A stretch of DNA of 64,000 bases from Paraspadella gotoi (taxonomy: Eukaryota > Animalia > Chaetognatha): assembly GCA_051294375.1 (NCBI GenBank), contig CM119264.1, positions 4,179,392 to 4,243,391 on the forward strand. Direction: 5' to 3'. This document shows positions 39,660 through 52,673 of the stretch, piece by piece (within the stretch, counting starts at the first letter, position 1; each line of letters opens with the position of its first letter). The position numbers and the translations under genes were made by a program. The notes below the pieces were generated by a model. The model was not told where the DNA came from. It ran no database searches and worked only from the letters and a program-made list of their open reading frames with translations.

Positions 39660-40195
39660 TGTGCTGGTGGCGTAAAAACTACGCCAAATACGTTTATTAT
39701 TTCTAAATTACGTAATGTGGCGTTAATGATTTTTCAAAAAATTTTTAAAAATTATCAAATCAATAATTGTACATGTTTAATATTTAAAATTTGGCGAAAA
39801 ATGTGGTGGGCGTAAAATGGCGTAGAAAATGAAGTAAAACCGGTTTAATATGAATATCATGATGTGGCGTGTAAAGACTTTTTGATTAATTTTCTAGAAA
39901 CTATTCAATATAGTGGTTTTAAAGATTATCCGGGCACCTTTTTTAGTACCAGATGTGGCGAAGATGTGGCGTAAACTGAAAAGAACCATATATAATTAAT
40001 TTAAATATTTCTGTGGGGTCATAATAAATTGTGTTTGTATTTTCTAAAGAAAAAAGCTATCTAATTGAGTTGTTTTAAATAGTTTTAGCCGGACCTTTTT
40101 TTGCGAGTACAGGTTTATGGCGTAGATGGCGTTAAGGACGTTGAACTAAAGTGCCATATATAATATGAGATTTAAATTTTATGGCGTAGAAATGT
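39660..40195. repeat. Degenerate ~150-160-bp tandem repeat rich in TGGCGT
   Basis: CCGG.ACCTTTTTT..AGTAC..ATG(TG)GCG.AGATG(TG)GCGT..CCATATATAAT occurs at ~39930 and ~40089, with weaker copies upstream. Confidence 0.7.
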
Positions 40196-41268
40196 TTTTT
40201 TTCATTTTCGAAAATAAGAACTAATTAGGTTAATGAATGCCTGCTGGCGAGCAGATGGCGTAGAGATATTGACGGTAAAACTGTGTGCCACTGTTTATGC
40301 CCTCTCATGTCTTCTCTTTTCCTCCTTGTTTTTTTTCTCATTGTTATTTTTTTATTTTTTTCTATTTTTCTGTGATGAACAATTCCGATCTCTAAAAGAG
40401 AATTATTTTTAGGTTTTAAGAAAAAAATGAAATAACCGAAAATAATCTCAAAATCATAGATAAAAAGAAACAAAGATCACTACACGTAAAAGCCAGTGGA
40501 ACCAATTTTTTAAAGTGATCTAAAATTGTGGATCAACAATGGTTTCTTTAGTTTATGGTTAAATGTGTTAAAATAAAGACTGATAATAAAGACATTGCCC
40601 ATTATAATATCTAGTATCAAGTATATTTAGCCAAAGGAGGAATTGTTGTAAGGCAGAAAAAAGGCACAATAAATATTAAAGATCAATAAGTAAATATGAT
40701 TATATAGTTTCATAGCATATGGAATGATCATAGCCATAATATACAGTAGGAAAGATGATATAAAATGAACTATCGCCAGAACTGCTGCCGGGCGCATGTT
40801 TTGGCCGCATCATTTTTGGGAATCAGAATGAATCCAGTTTGTTTGAGAGAAAATGGCCTTTGCATCTCCTGTAGCACCAGCAAGGTTTTGGCAGGAAAGC
40901 TGAGTTTTGGCACAACAATAAGAAGAGAAATAATTCGCTTTCTGTACTTATCCAAGTATTTTCTTATTGATAAGGATTCTTTTTCGGGTTTTTTGTTAGA
41001 CTTACCCTTACAGTATCTAGTATTTAAAAGAAAATAAAAATATTTTTCTTTGTTAGTAGTGTTCCATACATAACTAGTTTCAAAAGGCGGGCTTGGTTTT
41101 TTGAATCAAATTCCTATTAATGTTTCGGCCGATAGTAAAAAGTAAAATTTCGTCGAATATGCTAATCCTACCTTAATCGATTTCCTTCTGTCGTTCAAAC
41201 CAAACAAAAAAAAAAAAAAAAAAAAAGAAAAATAGTTCCCCAACCGCGAAAAAACTGGCCAAGGAAAC

Positions 41269-41545
41269 CTCGACGTTGGGGGTTTGTATCATTTTCATTA
41301 TGATCATCTCCGCCTCAGTCGCACCGGGATCGTTAGCAGACATTGGCTCAAGAGGCGAACACCAGGCGTAGTGTGTCCATCCCACAGTCCCTAATGACTT
41401 CCGGCTCTGGCGTTGGCAAAGCGAGACCGTCTTTGGGAAAGCCGCGCCAGGTGACTGAGAGGCGTCACTTGAAGGATCGGGAAGCGCCCAAAGCCAACAG
41501 TGAGATGCCCCATCGTTCCAATAGGGCGAATCACAGGCAACCCGG
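41269..41545 (-). CDS. Putative Ig-superfamily exon (I-set-like), frameshifted
   Basis: Minus strand across frames: GLPVIRPI, C..ALPDPS, VTWRGFPKDGLALP (41455->41414), then SANDPGA resembling D-x-G-x-Y-x-C. Splice sites are weak. Confidence 0.5.
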
Positions 41546-42079
41546 CTGTTGCCATAATTCCTTCTTTTTTTTTTCTCTCTGCTCTCTCCCTCTCTCTCCT
41601 CCTTCTTTCTTCTGAGGCAGAATTAGGATTATTTGGCAAGATAGTATAAAGTAAGAATCACAAAGTCATTATTGATTCTGCGTTCTTTTGGCATCTGCGC
41701 TCATCGGCGATCGTTTCCTTGGGGATCAATGGGGAAAATTTGTCTATACTACATCGGATAAATTTTTAGGTTTGAAGAATTGTTCCGGAAGTCGGAATAA
41801 ATAACAGAAATGTTTATTTAAAAAAAAAAAACAGACAAAAGTTGATCGAGTTGTCCTGTTAACAAATTCATGATATGATTGTTCAAGAAAGTAGATTTAA
41901 TTATCGCCCATTTAGTTAACATGTTGTAACAGTCTAGATTTTCAAAATTTTCATCCAATAAGTTCGTTTAATTAATCAATATATCCGATCCGCGTTATGG
42001 TAGAAAAATTACTCGCAAGCAATCAAACTGTCACATTGTCACGATGATAGATTCGCTCGTGAAAATGAAAATGAGGGAA

Positions 42080-42156
42080 TCGAAACTCGAGAAAGTCCGG
42101 GCCGACTTGGCGCTCAAGCAGGCGTCGGGTTTTTATGCTGGTAGCCAAAGATCCTC
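42080..42156 (-). CDS. Putative short exon completing an Ig domain (Y-x-C-x-A-x-N ... FLE)
   Basis: Acceptor ATAATTTTGCTCAG ending at 42157. Sequence is reconstructable as E(Y)L(C).AT(N)K..SAKSARTFLE with indels and follows the DDAG exon. The downstream boundary is uncertain. Confidence 0.35.
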
Positions 42157-42604
42157 CTGAGCAAAATTATATAAGAAAATCCACTCACTTACGAAATTCT
42201 CAACGACTTCTTTCGCCAAATAATATATAAGTAATTTTAATGATAATGAAATTAAATTCAAAGACGATAGAGTCATACAGTTCTACTTTGCAACATCCCT
42301 GCCCTAAATATGTCCCGTACATATTGTTCATGGTTGTCAAAAATAATCGTCACTTGTAAACAAAATAAAAATATTTAATATTTTTTTTTTGCCGTTTTGT
42401 TCAAACTGAACGAAAGAAAATAGAAAAACCAAAATTATAACAGATTCAAATATTCATTATGCTAAGGAAAAAAGGAAAGAAATGAAGATATTTTTCGAAT
42501 CGTCCTTGTTCGAGCAGCTTTGTGCTGTGGTTCACGGTAATGACTATCTTCCGTATTTACTAAAATATTTAGCAAGATAAAATATATTAAAAAGTATATC
42601 TTAC

Positions 42605-42767
42605 TCCAGGCATCGTCCCATCTCTCTCCGGTCCGTCAGAGGATATCTTCCTCTTCTGATCGACGCCCATCGCCGACCGCGGCCGAAGTGGGCGCGCCGG
42701 CCTCCGAACGCTCAAGAGTACTATCGGACCCGCACGGAGAATCATGACGCCCGCCCATGCCGAAGGT
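42605..42767 (-). CDS. Putative Ig-superfamily exon
   Basis: Strong acceptor CTCTTCTCTTTCTCAACAG and donor GTAAGA; GC-rich island in AT-rich flanks; one frame is open throughout; another ends EEDIL..RWDDA(G), resembling the Ig E/F-strand motif. Confidence 0.5.
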
Positions 42768-43146
42768 CTGTTGAGAAAGAGAAGAGATGGAGCCACAATC
42801 TTGTTAAAAATTTAAAAAAAAAAGCTTAAACTATTTTGACATTCTAATCAATTCCTTCAAACCCGCCTTATGTAAGTTGAAATTTAATTTTAAACAATTT
42901 TTCGGTTTACATAACTGGAATTAAGTAATTTTAAGACCCATTGGCACAATTTCAGTACCGAATTTGTATATTCTTCAGAGTCTAAAAATCCCAGCGGGGG
43001 CATTTGAAACGTTCCGCTCAAATAACACGCAATTTGTTTGACGAAGACAACAACAACAACGAGGACAAGACAAGAATCGGACAGACGGTTCGATCACAAT
43101 GTAATCCTTCAGAACACCCAAGGTGAATGATAGAAGAGAGGAGAGA

Positions 43147-43204
<58 letters not shown>

Positions 43205-43409
43205 CGAACAAGGATATGACAGAATTTGCAGATACAGAGACAACAAGAGAGAAACAGACACAGAGAACGAGTTGAGAAAAAATAAACATCTAGCTCCCGC
43301 TAATAAGCAGATTTGTCGGAATCTTCGACCCGAGAGGGAGACGTCGTCGCAACAGGAGAGAAAAAATTGCAGAATGCGAGAAAAAAAAGAGCAACCGAAT
43401 GACGACCGA

Positions 43410-44090
43410 TTACTAACGGTGAATGACATTTTTTTAAGTAATTATAAATTACTACGGTGAATGACCATTTTTATTGGTAATTATATAATTATACAGGAGT
43501 GAAATGACATTTTTATTAGTAATTATAATTACTACGGTGAATGACATTTATATTAGTAATGTATTAAATTACTACGGTGAATGACATTTTTTAATTAGTA
43601 ATTACTAGGTAAATGACTTTTATTATAATCTATGTGAATGACATTTTTATTAGTAATGTATTAATTACTACATGACGTGAATGACATTTTTCATTAGTAT
43701 TATATTACTAAGGTGAATGACATTTTATGAGTAATATACATTAATTACTAGCGTGAATGACATTATTATTAAGTAATATTAATGTACTATGGAAGCTATA
43801 GTAATATATTACTAGGTAATGACATTTTTTATTTTAGTAATTACTTGAATTACTATGGTGAAATGCATTTTTTAGTAATTATTAATTACTACGTGAATGA
43901 CATTTTTATTAGTACTTATTAATTACCTAGCGTGAATGCATTTTTATTAGTAATTTTAATTACTACGGTGGAATGAACCATTTTATTAAGTCAATTATTA
44001 ATTACTACAGTGAGTGACATGTTTATTAGTCATTATAATTACTATGGGAATGACATTTTTTATTAGTAATTATTAATTACTACAGATGAA
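43410..44090. repeat. AT-rich ~37-bp tandem minisatellite (TTACTACGGTGAATGACATTTTTATTAGTAATTATAA-like), noisy
   Basis: GTGAATGACATTTT core repeated well over 10 times head to tail. Confidence 0.95.
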
Positions 44091-44269
44091 ATGGAAAACA
44101 ATTCGATTGTATTATAAATTAATAACGTAAAGCATTGATTATTATAAATACAATGTTCAGTTACTATAACTCTCTAATTATTTTCATTTTTTTGTTGCCC
44201 CTAAAGTCAAAAATCAGACTTCGCCGAGCTAAATATGTACATAAACGTACTTGTTTTAAGCATCCTTAC

Positions 44270-44500
44270 CTCTGCCTCCCCGCCCCCAATTTCCGTATCA
44301 AGACGACGACGACAAGTTCAGAAACTCCGAAGCCCCCGGTTTTGGTCCCATAGAGATCGACTGATGAATGCCGCCAATCGCCGACATTCCGCCAGACGAC
44401 GATCGCCACGACGGTCCATCGATGCGTCATTCCTCGGCCGGATTCCAGTATGGACGAATCTCAGGTCGGCGCCGGCGGCGAGGCGTTCTGGTCGTACTTG
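44270..44500 (-). CDS. Putative exon of the same minus-strand gene; product unclear
   Basis: Acceptor CCCTTTCCCCTTATTCCCAG and donor AG|GTAAGG; GC-rich; no single open frame. Confidence 0.35.
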
Positions 44501-44509
44501 CTGGGAATA

Positions 44510-44920
44510 AGGGGAAAGGGACAGCGGGAATAGATGGCGGTACTGTGGGAGTATTTGGGCGGTACTTGTGAGAGTTGAGAGCGGTAACTGTGGGATTAGC
44601 ATGCGGTATTGGGGAGTAGAGAGCGGTAATGTGGGAATAAGAGGGTTGTATAATGGATCGAAGGGGGGCGCACTGGTAGAATTAGAGGAGTACGGAGGAA
44701 TTGAGAGAAGATACCTTGTGGGATCAAGAGGGGTGGGACTGTGGACATTAGAGAAGATACTGTAGGATTCAGCAGGGTGGTAACTATGGGTTCAGAGGCT
44801 GGTACTAGTGGAATAGAGGATAAATATGTGGTATATAAAGATGTGGTACTCTGGTACTGTAGGAATTCAGATGGCGGTGCTGTGGGATGCAGAGGGCAGT
44901 ACTGGTGGAATTAGAGGGGG
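44510..44920. repeat. Degenerate ~22-bp tandem repeat (GGTACTGTGGGATTAGAG-like)
   Basis: Recurrent GGTACTGTGGGA/GAATTAGAG cores. Confidence 0.8.
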
Positions 44921-46713
44921 GTTTCTATCTCAGAAATCAGAACAGACCTTATAAAATTACATCTAGATTTCGTTGTGTCGATATAACGTCGTATCAAATC
45001 TCAAGGCTACAATTAAATTAAACGTTTCCTTTTTCAGTTCGGAGCGGGCCAAGGCACCATAACCGGCCGATTTCTTGTCGACATGGACATGTGAATGACC
45101 GAGGAAGTTCGCAAAAAGTTTATGTACCGGGAAGGCAAAGAGAAAAAAGCGGGCGGCATCAAAAAGGCTCAGCGGTACCACTGGAAAAGGCGGTCTCCTT
45201 ATCAATTCTTGGCCAATCAGGGATTCAACGACAAAGACAGAACGAGATTTATAAGGCGATGAGTGAGACCAGTTGAACGGGATTACGCTGATTTATGAAT
45301 TCGCGGATTTATGATTCGCCGATTTAATATTAGCGAATTAAGCGGATGAAAAGGGATTTGCCGGAGTGCCAGGAGTTTTCCGCTATCAGTATTTGATCAA
45401 TACTGTTTATTATACTAAATAATACTAAACTAAACTATCACTATGGCTGTATCGACTTTTTGACAAACATAACCTAAATTCTTTTTTTCTTCGGCGACTA
45501 AGGAATGGCAGGAAAGGACAATTGCATTCCGATTCGAGCCATACACAGATGCACTGGCGAAACAATTGGGTCACAAGGTAACGTCTGTATTTCAAAAGGC
45601 GGCGGGTAAGTAATTGCCACTTTATGATTTCATTACATCGCCAAATGAAATCATCTTTGTAATTTTCAACCGTTGAGACTGTCTTAGTGACTCTCCTATT
45701 CACAATCGTAGCTCGCTACGTCGGGCGTAATTGAATAAATGGGCGTCACCTGTGACCCTTGCCAGGGTTGCAGATGAAGAGCGTTGTCGTCCACGAGTTA
45801 GGTCACGCATGTGAGTCGTTGCAGACGTAAGAGCCATCTGGTTTGTTTGAAATTCGATAGATCTCAAAAAAATTTAAAGCGGTAATAAAGAAAAAGGAAC
45901 AAAGAAGGGATAAGATAAAAAAAATAAGAAAAAAAGAAAGAAAAAAATAAAATATAGAATGAGTGACAAATAATTAATTAAGAAAAAAAAAAAAATAGAA
46001 AGAAAGGGAAAGAAAGAAAGAAAGAAGAAAGAAAAAAAAGAGAAAGAAAGAAAGAAAAGAAAGACAAAGAAAGAAAGGAAGAGCAGGTATGCAAACATTC
46101 CTTCTCCCCGCCCGCAAAGGTTTCATCACGAAACAAACTCGGCCCGGATCGGGACGTTACGTCACCAATCAACACCTGAACAACGTCTCCACGCGGGGAT
46201 GAGAATACTAATTCGACAAATACGACAACGCAAACTCACGTGGACAGTCGGGGCAATCGGCTTACGACTAATCAGCCGCATATGACTACGGAGAACGGCC
46301 TCTCTATAAAGCGGACAAAAGACAAATCATTCGCTAAGGATCTTAGATTTCAAAAAAGTCATCGGAAACAGCGCAGGAGGTAAGGGATGGGTCAGGTCGA
46401 AAGAAAACTTAAGGCGCGAAGTAAAAGACAATATTTGCCTTAAACTATCATCAGTCATCACAGATGAATAAAAAGCTTCGGAAACAGAGGAAAAGGATTA
46501 AGGAGAGGAATCGGGAATGTATCATCTAATAATCAATCATCGCTACCCATGGCTAGCCACTTGGCTAATTGGCCATTGGCTACTTTATATATAAGAAGTA
46601 AAATACGACTAATTGGAAAATGATATTTTGACCGTTTACGCCTTTTACAAATGAAAGCGTTATGCAATATTGTTCAAGTTATCATAACTTCAGGCCTTTA
46701 CTTTATTGAACAG

Positions 46714-47000
46714 TTGAGGCGACAAGAACCGACGCAACATTGGTCAAATTGAATGTACAATTCCGCACAGGTAGGCCCACCGCCACAACCCCACCATACG
46801 CACTGGTGCTCCACGCTCAACTTGACTGCAAGAAGACTCTTTCCACTCTCGCCACACAGGTTCCGAGCCACAACCACGACACCGACCACGACTTCGTCCT
46901 CCGATCACAACTGCGAGACAAAAGCAGAGTATTTGCGCTACTGGAAACAGTATGAAAACCCAGTTTGCAGAAGGAGAGAACCCCAGCTACATGTCGTGTT
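46714..47000 (+). pseudogene. FLYWCH/WRKY-type zinc-finger-like fragment, possibly a Mutator (MULE) transposase remnant
   Basis: HWC (46801-46809) then, after a frameshift, CKKTLST...VPSHNH (HNH at 46869-46877), matching W-x-C...C...H-x-H spacing; acceptor-like CTTTATTGAACAG at 46713. Confidence 0.35.
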
Positions 47001-47777
47001 CGCACCAAGACCCTGGGAAAGTGACAAGGGACCACGTCAGAAGGACGAAATCCAATACTGATACCTGGGCGCAAAAAGGGATACCTGGCAGTGGAAGCTT
47101 AACGAGGAGTTTTCATGCAAGACCCGATGGCCCGCCGAAAAGCCTGCGGCACTCTCGGCCTCCCAGCCCTACAACGGGTTTAAAAGGGAAATGGCGGATA
47201 ATGAATAATGGGTGAAGTTTTTGTTGGGAAGTTTATATTACGTAATGAATATTTGGCAAGGAAAAATATAACCTAATAAAAAGAAGAAAAAAATAGTCAT
47301 TCACAAACCTTTCATATCCCAAAATAGGTTTAAATAAATTTTAATTAAAACTTTTAAACTAAACATTTAAAGTGCAAACATTTTGGTTAATAGACTTCGG
47401 CGAATTTTTGGTGGGAACCAACAATGCCGACGGACGCAGCCCCTGCAACACGTCGGTCAATTTTGCCCCGTCGTCCCGTCCCCGCGCCGCCCGTCCGCCC
47501 TCCGCCATTTTTTGGATCGAAATCTTAAGATAGACAAGGAACAACAAGTTGACCTAGAACTTCTTTGTCCACTTTTTGGCCTGTTGTCGCAAAAATAGAA
47601 ATAAAATTGGTTCGAAAAATATATGAGTTGTTTTTTTTCTTCTCTTCCCTCTCTCTCTCTCCTCTCTATCTCTTTCTCTCCTCTCTCTCTCTCTCTCTCC
47701 TCTTCTTCTTCTCTCTCCTCTTCTCTTCCTCTCTCTCTCTTCCTCTCTTCCTCCTCACTCCGTCCACGCTTCTTTAG

Positions 47778-47996
47778 TATATTCCCTCGGTCCAGTACGG
47801 CGGACGAAGTCCCAAAATAAATTGGTGCTCAAGAATTTTAAGAGAGCTTGATAAGGAATTTATCGCGGAGTCCCCGGAAATTCCCTTTATAGACAAAACA
47901 ATTGGGATCCATTTAATGGCGAAAAGGGCAAGATCCCATTTTCCGTCAACTTCGGGCCATGGCTTGGGTTTTGTAATCTTTTTCTCAAGAAAATAG
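47778..47996 (+). CDS. Putative Ig-superfamily exon (C-terminal half of an Ig domain)
   Basis: Long polypyrimidine tract plus TTTAG acceptor and AG|GTATGT donor. Reads NKLVLKNFKRA(DK)GIYRGVPGNSL...FSVNFGP with a local indel pair, resembling L-x-I-x-N...D-x-G-x-Y-x-C-x-A-x-N...V-x-(Y/F)-GP. The Cys codon reads GGA. Confidence 0.45.
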   Translation, partial: YIPSVQYGGRSPKINWCSRILRELDKEFIAESPEIPFIDKTIGIHLMAKRARSHFPSTSGHGLGFVIFFSRK

Positions 47997-48365
47997 GTAT
48001 GTTTGTTCATTTGCTTGATTCGCATACCCATCTTATTCGATTAATCCATCCTTATATCTCTAACTATCTAATCATCTCAACTCATTAACTTCACCTATTC
48101 CTTCAATTATTTAATTGCTATTTTTGTTAACCTTGTTTATAAATTTCAACCCACAATAAAAGTTGTAAATAAACCTTTTCCAACCGTTCCCAAAATAATG
48201 AAGTGGGACGCACATTAATGGTCAAAAATCGTTTAATTTACTAGAAAAAAAGTAACTTTATTCTTCAATGCCCTGTCAAAATTTATCCCATGTCAAACGA
48301 CAAAGCATACCTATCTTCCAATGTCATGGGACCCATGCTTTCCCTCCCTCTATCTTCCCTCTGAG

Positions 48366-48596
48366 AAAACCCAGAAACGGAAATTCTTTTGAAAAGGTCA
48401 TCGCCCTCTTGGCCAAATATCAACCAAGGGGTCAATGACTTCGTCTGGCCAAAGATACCAAAGGGTCCCAGAGGGGTCCAAGGGGGTCCTAAGTCAGGAA
48501 CGGGGACGTGATCCAGAAATACTGGGAAATGTTCCGCTGGACAGGACCGACTCCACGAGGGCGGGTACCTGTGATCCTCTGGTCACGTACCCGTGA
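48366..48596 (+). CDS. Putative following Ig exon, frameshifted
   Basis: Polypyrimidine acceptor; fragments PETEILL..NINQG, RNGDVIQ, ILGNVPLDRT, HEGGYL. Confidence 0.35.
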
Positions 48597-50637
48597 CAAT
48601 CCATAATTTATCCTCTCTTACAGTATTAATGGTATAATAAAATAATAATAATAATAATAATATATAATAAAATAATAATAATAAAAATAAAAATAAATTA
48701 ATATAAATAATATAATAGAGTAATATTTTGTTAGTCCATCAATTTTTTTTTTTATATTTTGATTGAGAAATTTTTTTTGTTCTTTTTTGTTATTTTGACG
48801 TAACGTGGGTGGAGCGATTGAAATGAATGGTTGATGGAAAGAAAATTTTGGGGGATTATATATTTAAATATATTTAATATTATTATATAATTTTAATTAT
48901 ATAATTAAATATTTATTTAAATATTTTTTATATATTTAGTTATATTATAACTAATAAATAATATTTTGATAATAACTTGCAAATTAACAAAATAGAAAAG
49001 AAGTTTTTAAATTAACGTCAAATAACTCAATTTTTCATGCAATCTGTAATTGTTTGTTTTTTTTATAAATAACAAGCCAAGAATACATTGTAATATTTAA
49101 AATAAATCTAATTAATTTTTTTTGGTGTCACAAGTTTTTCCGCGGTCTACAAACTTCGCTTACGGGTGAACTTTACTTTTTCCAATTTTTTTTTCATTTT
49201 TTTTGTGGGGGTATAACGGACGTAGCGATGATATAATTATGATTATCAATATAAATAGCGTGAAATATAAAACACAAAAAGGTATGATAAATATCATCAC
49301 TTACTTATGCACTGATTAACGAAGTCTCGAGGCGAANNNNNNNNNNAGGAGAGATCCGGGTTCTCATTCCGTCGGGACTTTCTCTTTCCGTTGGAGTTTG
49401 ACCTGACTTTCGATACAGTTCTGTGAGTGCGACATTTTTCTAGTCGATATATCTCTTTCCAGTTCGATCGGTGCATGCAGCGTCGACTCGTCTATTTGGA
49501 ATTCTTTGACTGTTCTGTCAGTGCGACATTTGTTTGAATCGATTTTATTTTGCGGTTCTGTTACAGTTTTTTTTTCTGTGCCGGATTTAAATCATAGAAT
49601 TTTATTTAAAGTTATCTGAACGCATTGGTCTAATAAAATTTATTTCAAAGCAACAATCGATGTTCCCCAAGTCGGTCTGTCATTCTCGTTCTGTCAACAC
49701 TCAAAGTTCTCAGCAGTCCGCGCAGTATTTGTCCNNNNNNNNNNNNNNNNNNNNNNNNNNNNNNNNNNNNNNNNNNNNNNNNNNNNNNNNNNNNNNNNNN
49801 NNNNNNNNNNNNNNNNNNNNNNNNNNNNNNNNNNNNNNNNNNNNNNNNNNNNNNNNNNNNNNNNNNNNNNNNNNNNNNNNNNNNNNNNNNNNNNNNNNNN
49901 NNNNNNNNNNNNNNNNNNNNNNNNNNNNNNNNNNNNNNNNNNNNNNNNNNNNNNNNNNNNNNNNNNNNNNNNNNNNNNNNNNNNNNNNNNNNNNNNNNNN
50001 NNNNNNNNNNNNNNNNNNNNNNNNNNNNNNNNNNNNNNNNNNNNNNNNNNNNNNNNNNNNNNNNNNNNNNNNNNNNNNNNNNNNNNNNNNNNNNNNNNNN
50101 NNNNNNNNNNNNNNNNNNNNNNNNNNNNNNNNNNNNNNNNNNNNNNNNNNNNNNNNNNNNNNNNNNNNNNNNNNNNNNNNNNNNNNNNNNNNNNNNNNNN
50201 NTTAAGCCGTTACGTATCATTTACGTCTCTTCATATGACGAAAATAGACGTTTATCTCGTCTTTGACATGAGATTTTTACCAAATTAGAAAAGATTTATT
50301 GAAAACTATTCACTAAAATTTGGTAACTACTGAATATCGTACATGGGACGTCCTAGGAAGTTTTAAAGTTTAAAATGTTTTCAAATGACGTGGCTTTTTT
50401 TTATATAACATTTTATTTTGATTCATTATGACGTTTTCCATGTATTCTAATTTTTATCATAAATTCTCTTATATTTCCTCCTTATCTTACTCTCTCTACC
50501 AAATCCTTTTTCCTCTCATTTCCATTTACTTTTTTCCTCCCTCTCTTCTCCCTCCACTCCCGATCCGCGCTAATGGTATTAGTAAAGCTGTTTTGGCTCG
50601 GGAGTTCTGGATCACCAGCTACAAAACATCGATTCTG

Positions 50638-50670
<33 letters not shown>

Positions 50671-51725
50671 NNNNNNNNNNNNNNNNNNNNNNNNNNNNNN
50701 NNNNNNNNNNNNNNNNNNNNNNNNNNNNNNNNNNNNNNNNNNNNNNNNNNNNNNNNNNNNNNNNNNNNNNNNNNNNNNNNNNNNNNNNNNNNNNNNNNNN
50801 NNNNNNNNNNNNNNNNNNNNNNNNNNNNNNNNNNNNNNNNNNNNNNNNNNNNNNNNNNNNNNNNNNNNNNNNNNNNNNNNNNNNNNNNNNNNNNNNNNNN
50901 NNNNNNNNNNNNNNNNNNNNNNNNNNNNNNNNNNNNNNNNNNNNNNNNNNNNNNNNNNNNNNNNNNNNNNNNNNNNNNNNNNNNNNNNNNNNNNNNNNNN
51001 NNNNNGAGAGAGAGAGAGAGGAAAAATAGTTGAAACAATTACTGTTTTATTCAATTATTTACAATAGCAGTTTATTTGGCTTGAGTTGTGTGTTGCAACG
51101 AGGACAACAGAAGAGAGAGCGAGAAGTTAAAAAAGTTAGAGAGCGAGAGATGCTCAGATAGAGAAAGAGACGAATTATCGCTTAAAGAAAACTCGAAAAA
51201 AAAGAAAAGAAAAGCGACTGAAAAGAAATATGTTGGACGGGAAACCGTGAAAACTTTTCATCATTCGTCTTTTCTTATTCTTCTTCTTCTTCTCTTTTTT
51301 ATCATTTCCCTCCTTTTCCTCTTTCTTCTATGCTTCTTCTTTTCAGGACAGGAAAAAAGAAAAATCATTACGTGTTTTTTGTTGGAGAAAAAAAAATAAA
51401 AGAAAAAAAAGAGGAAAGAGAAAAATTGGCAAAGATCCGCAGAAAAAGAAAAAACCGTCTACGCATCTGTCGGTGTGGAGAGACGAGATTCTCTTTCTTA
51501 AANNNNNNNNNNAGGAGAGAGGGAATTGGCAAAGTATGTCGCCATGCGTAAGAAAATGGCAAGGGTCTTCAACAATGACAAGACGGCGGGGTCGCTATGA
51601 AGACGGCAATAATATTTGGCAAAGAAGATTCAAGATGACATCTCTGAAATCAATTAAGTATTAATAAGTGAGGAACATGAAAATAAAAATTGAAAAGAAA
51701 TAGAAAAAAATAAAGGAATGACACG

Positions 51726-51860
<135 letters not shown>

Positions 51861-52125
51861 CTCGCCCTGAATGCAATTCGCGATTTATTAAAAACAAATG
51901 AACACAAACTTTGCTTATCCCGTCGTTGCCAGGATTTTGTTGTGACTGGTGCTTTTCAAAGGCGGCTTCCCCCGGGCGAGCTCGTCATTCCTCCGTTCTG
52001 TCCGCCTCTTCTTCTAGCCGCCTGCCCGCCTGCCCGCTTCCCCGCCTGGCCGCCTGCCTACCCGTCCTCCTACACTGTGCCGCAATTTTCTTCGCTTTCC
52101 TCGCTCTCCGCTTCGCTGTAGCGAG

Positions 52126-52243
52126 AGATGCGTTTAAATTTGAAAACATTTTAAAGTTTTAATTGATTGGAACCGTCACACACCAACAGAGCAGTAGATG
52201 CGTTTAAATTTGAAAACATTTTAAGTTTAATTGATTGGAACCG
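52126..52243. repeat. ~49-bp direct duplication
   Basis: AGATGCGTTTAAATTTGAAAACATTTTAA...AATTGATTGGAACCG at 52126 and 52196. Confidence 0.9.
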
Positions 52244-52627
52244 GATACGTCCCGCTGAAGCAGCGAGAGAGAGAGAGAGAGATGAGAGAGAGGAGAGANN
52301 NNNNNNNNNNNNNNNNNNNNNNNNNNNNNNNNNNNNNNNNNNNNNNNNNNNNNNNNNNNNNNNNNNNNNNNNNNNNNNNNNAGAGAGAGAGAGAGAGCGA
52401 GTGGCATCGCAGAGGATTTTCCCAATCTCTTTTTTCGCTCGGCGCCGATGATGATGGTTCAATGAGAAGAGTTATGGTGCCGGGGCAGCGTCGGCCGCGG
52501 CCGGGGCAGCGGCAGCGGCAGCGGCGGCGGCGGAGAGTGAAAGCAGGTGGAAACCACGTGACTTGGATGTGAATGACGACGACGTTGACGTCGCTGCAGA
52601 CAAGAACCACAACCGAGGAAACAACGC

Positions 52628-52673
<46 letters not shown>

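Noticed and set aside
43410-44090. CRISPR-like regular array (also 2168-2558, 26236-26511, 61315-61645)
   Set aside because: Head-to-tail units without unique spacers, no cas genes, eukaryotic context.
47359-47508. AAAAATGGCGGAG start (MAEGG...) as first exon of the minus-strand Ig gene
   Set aside because: No signal peptide and no convincing splice donor; cannot be linked to the downstream exons.
47778-47996. Resemblance to vein/neuregulin (Ig followed by HFP..G..CN)
   Set aside because: Based on recollection only; no six-cysteine EGF domain follows, and the next candidate exon looks Ig-like.
49350-49375. GGGTTCTCATTCC as a tRNA/SINE B-box
   Set aside because: Imperfect box, adjacent to Ns, no A-box or cloverleaf visible.
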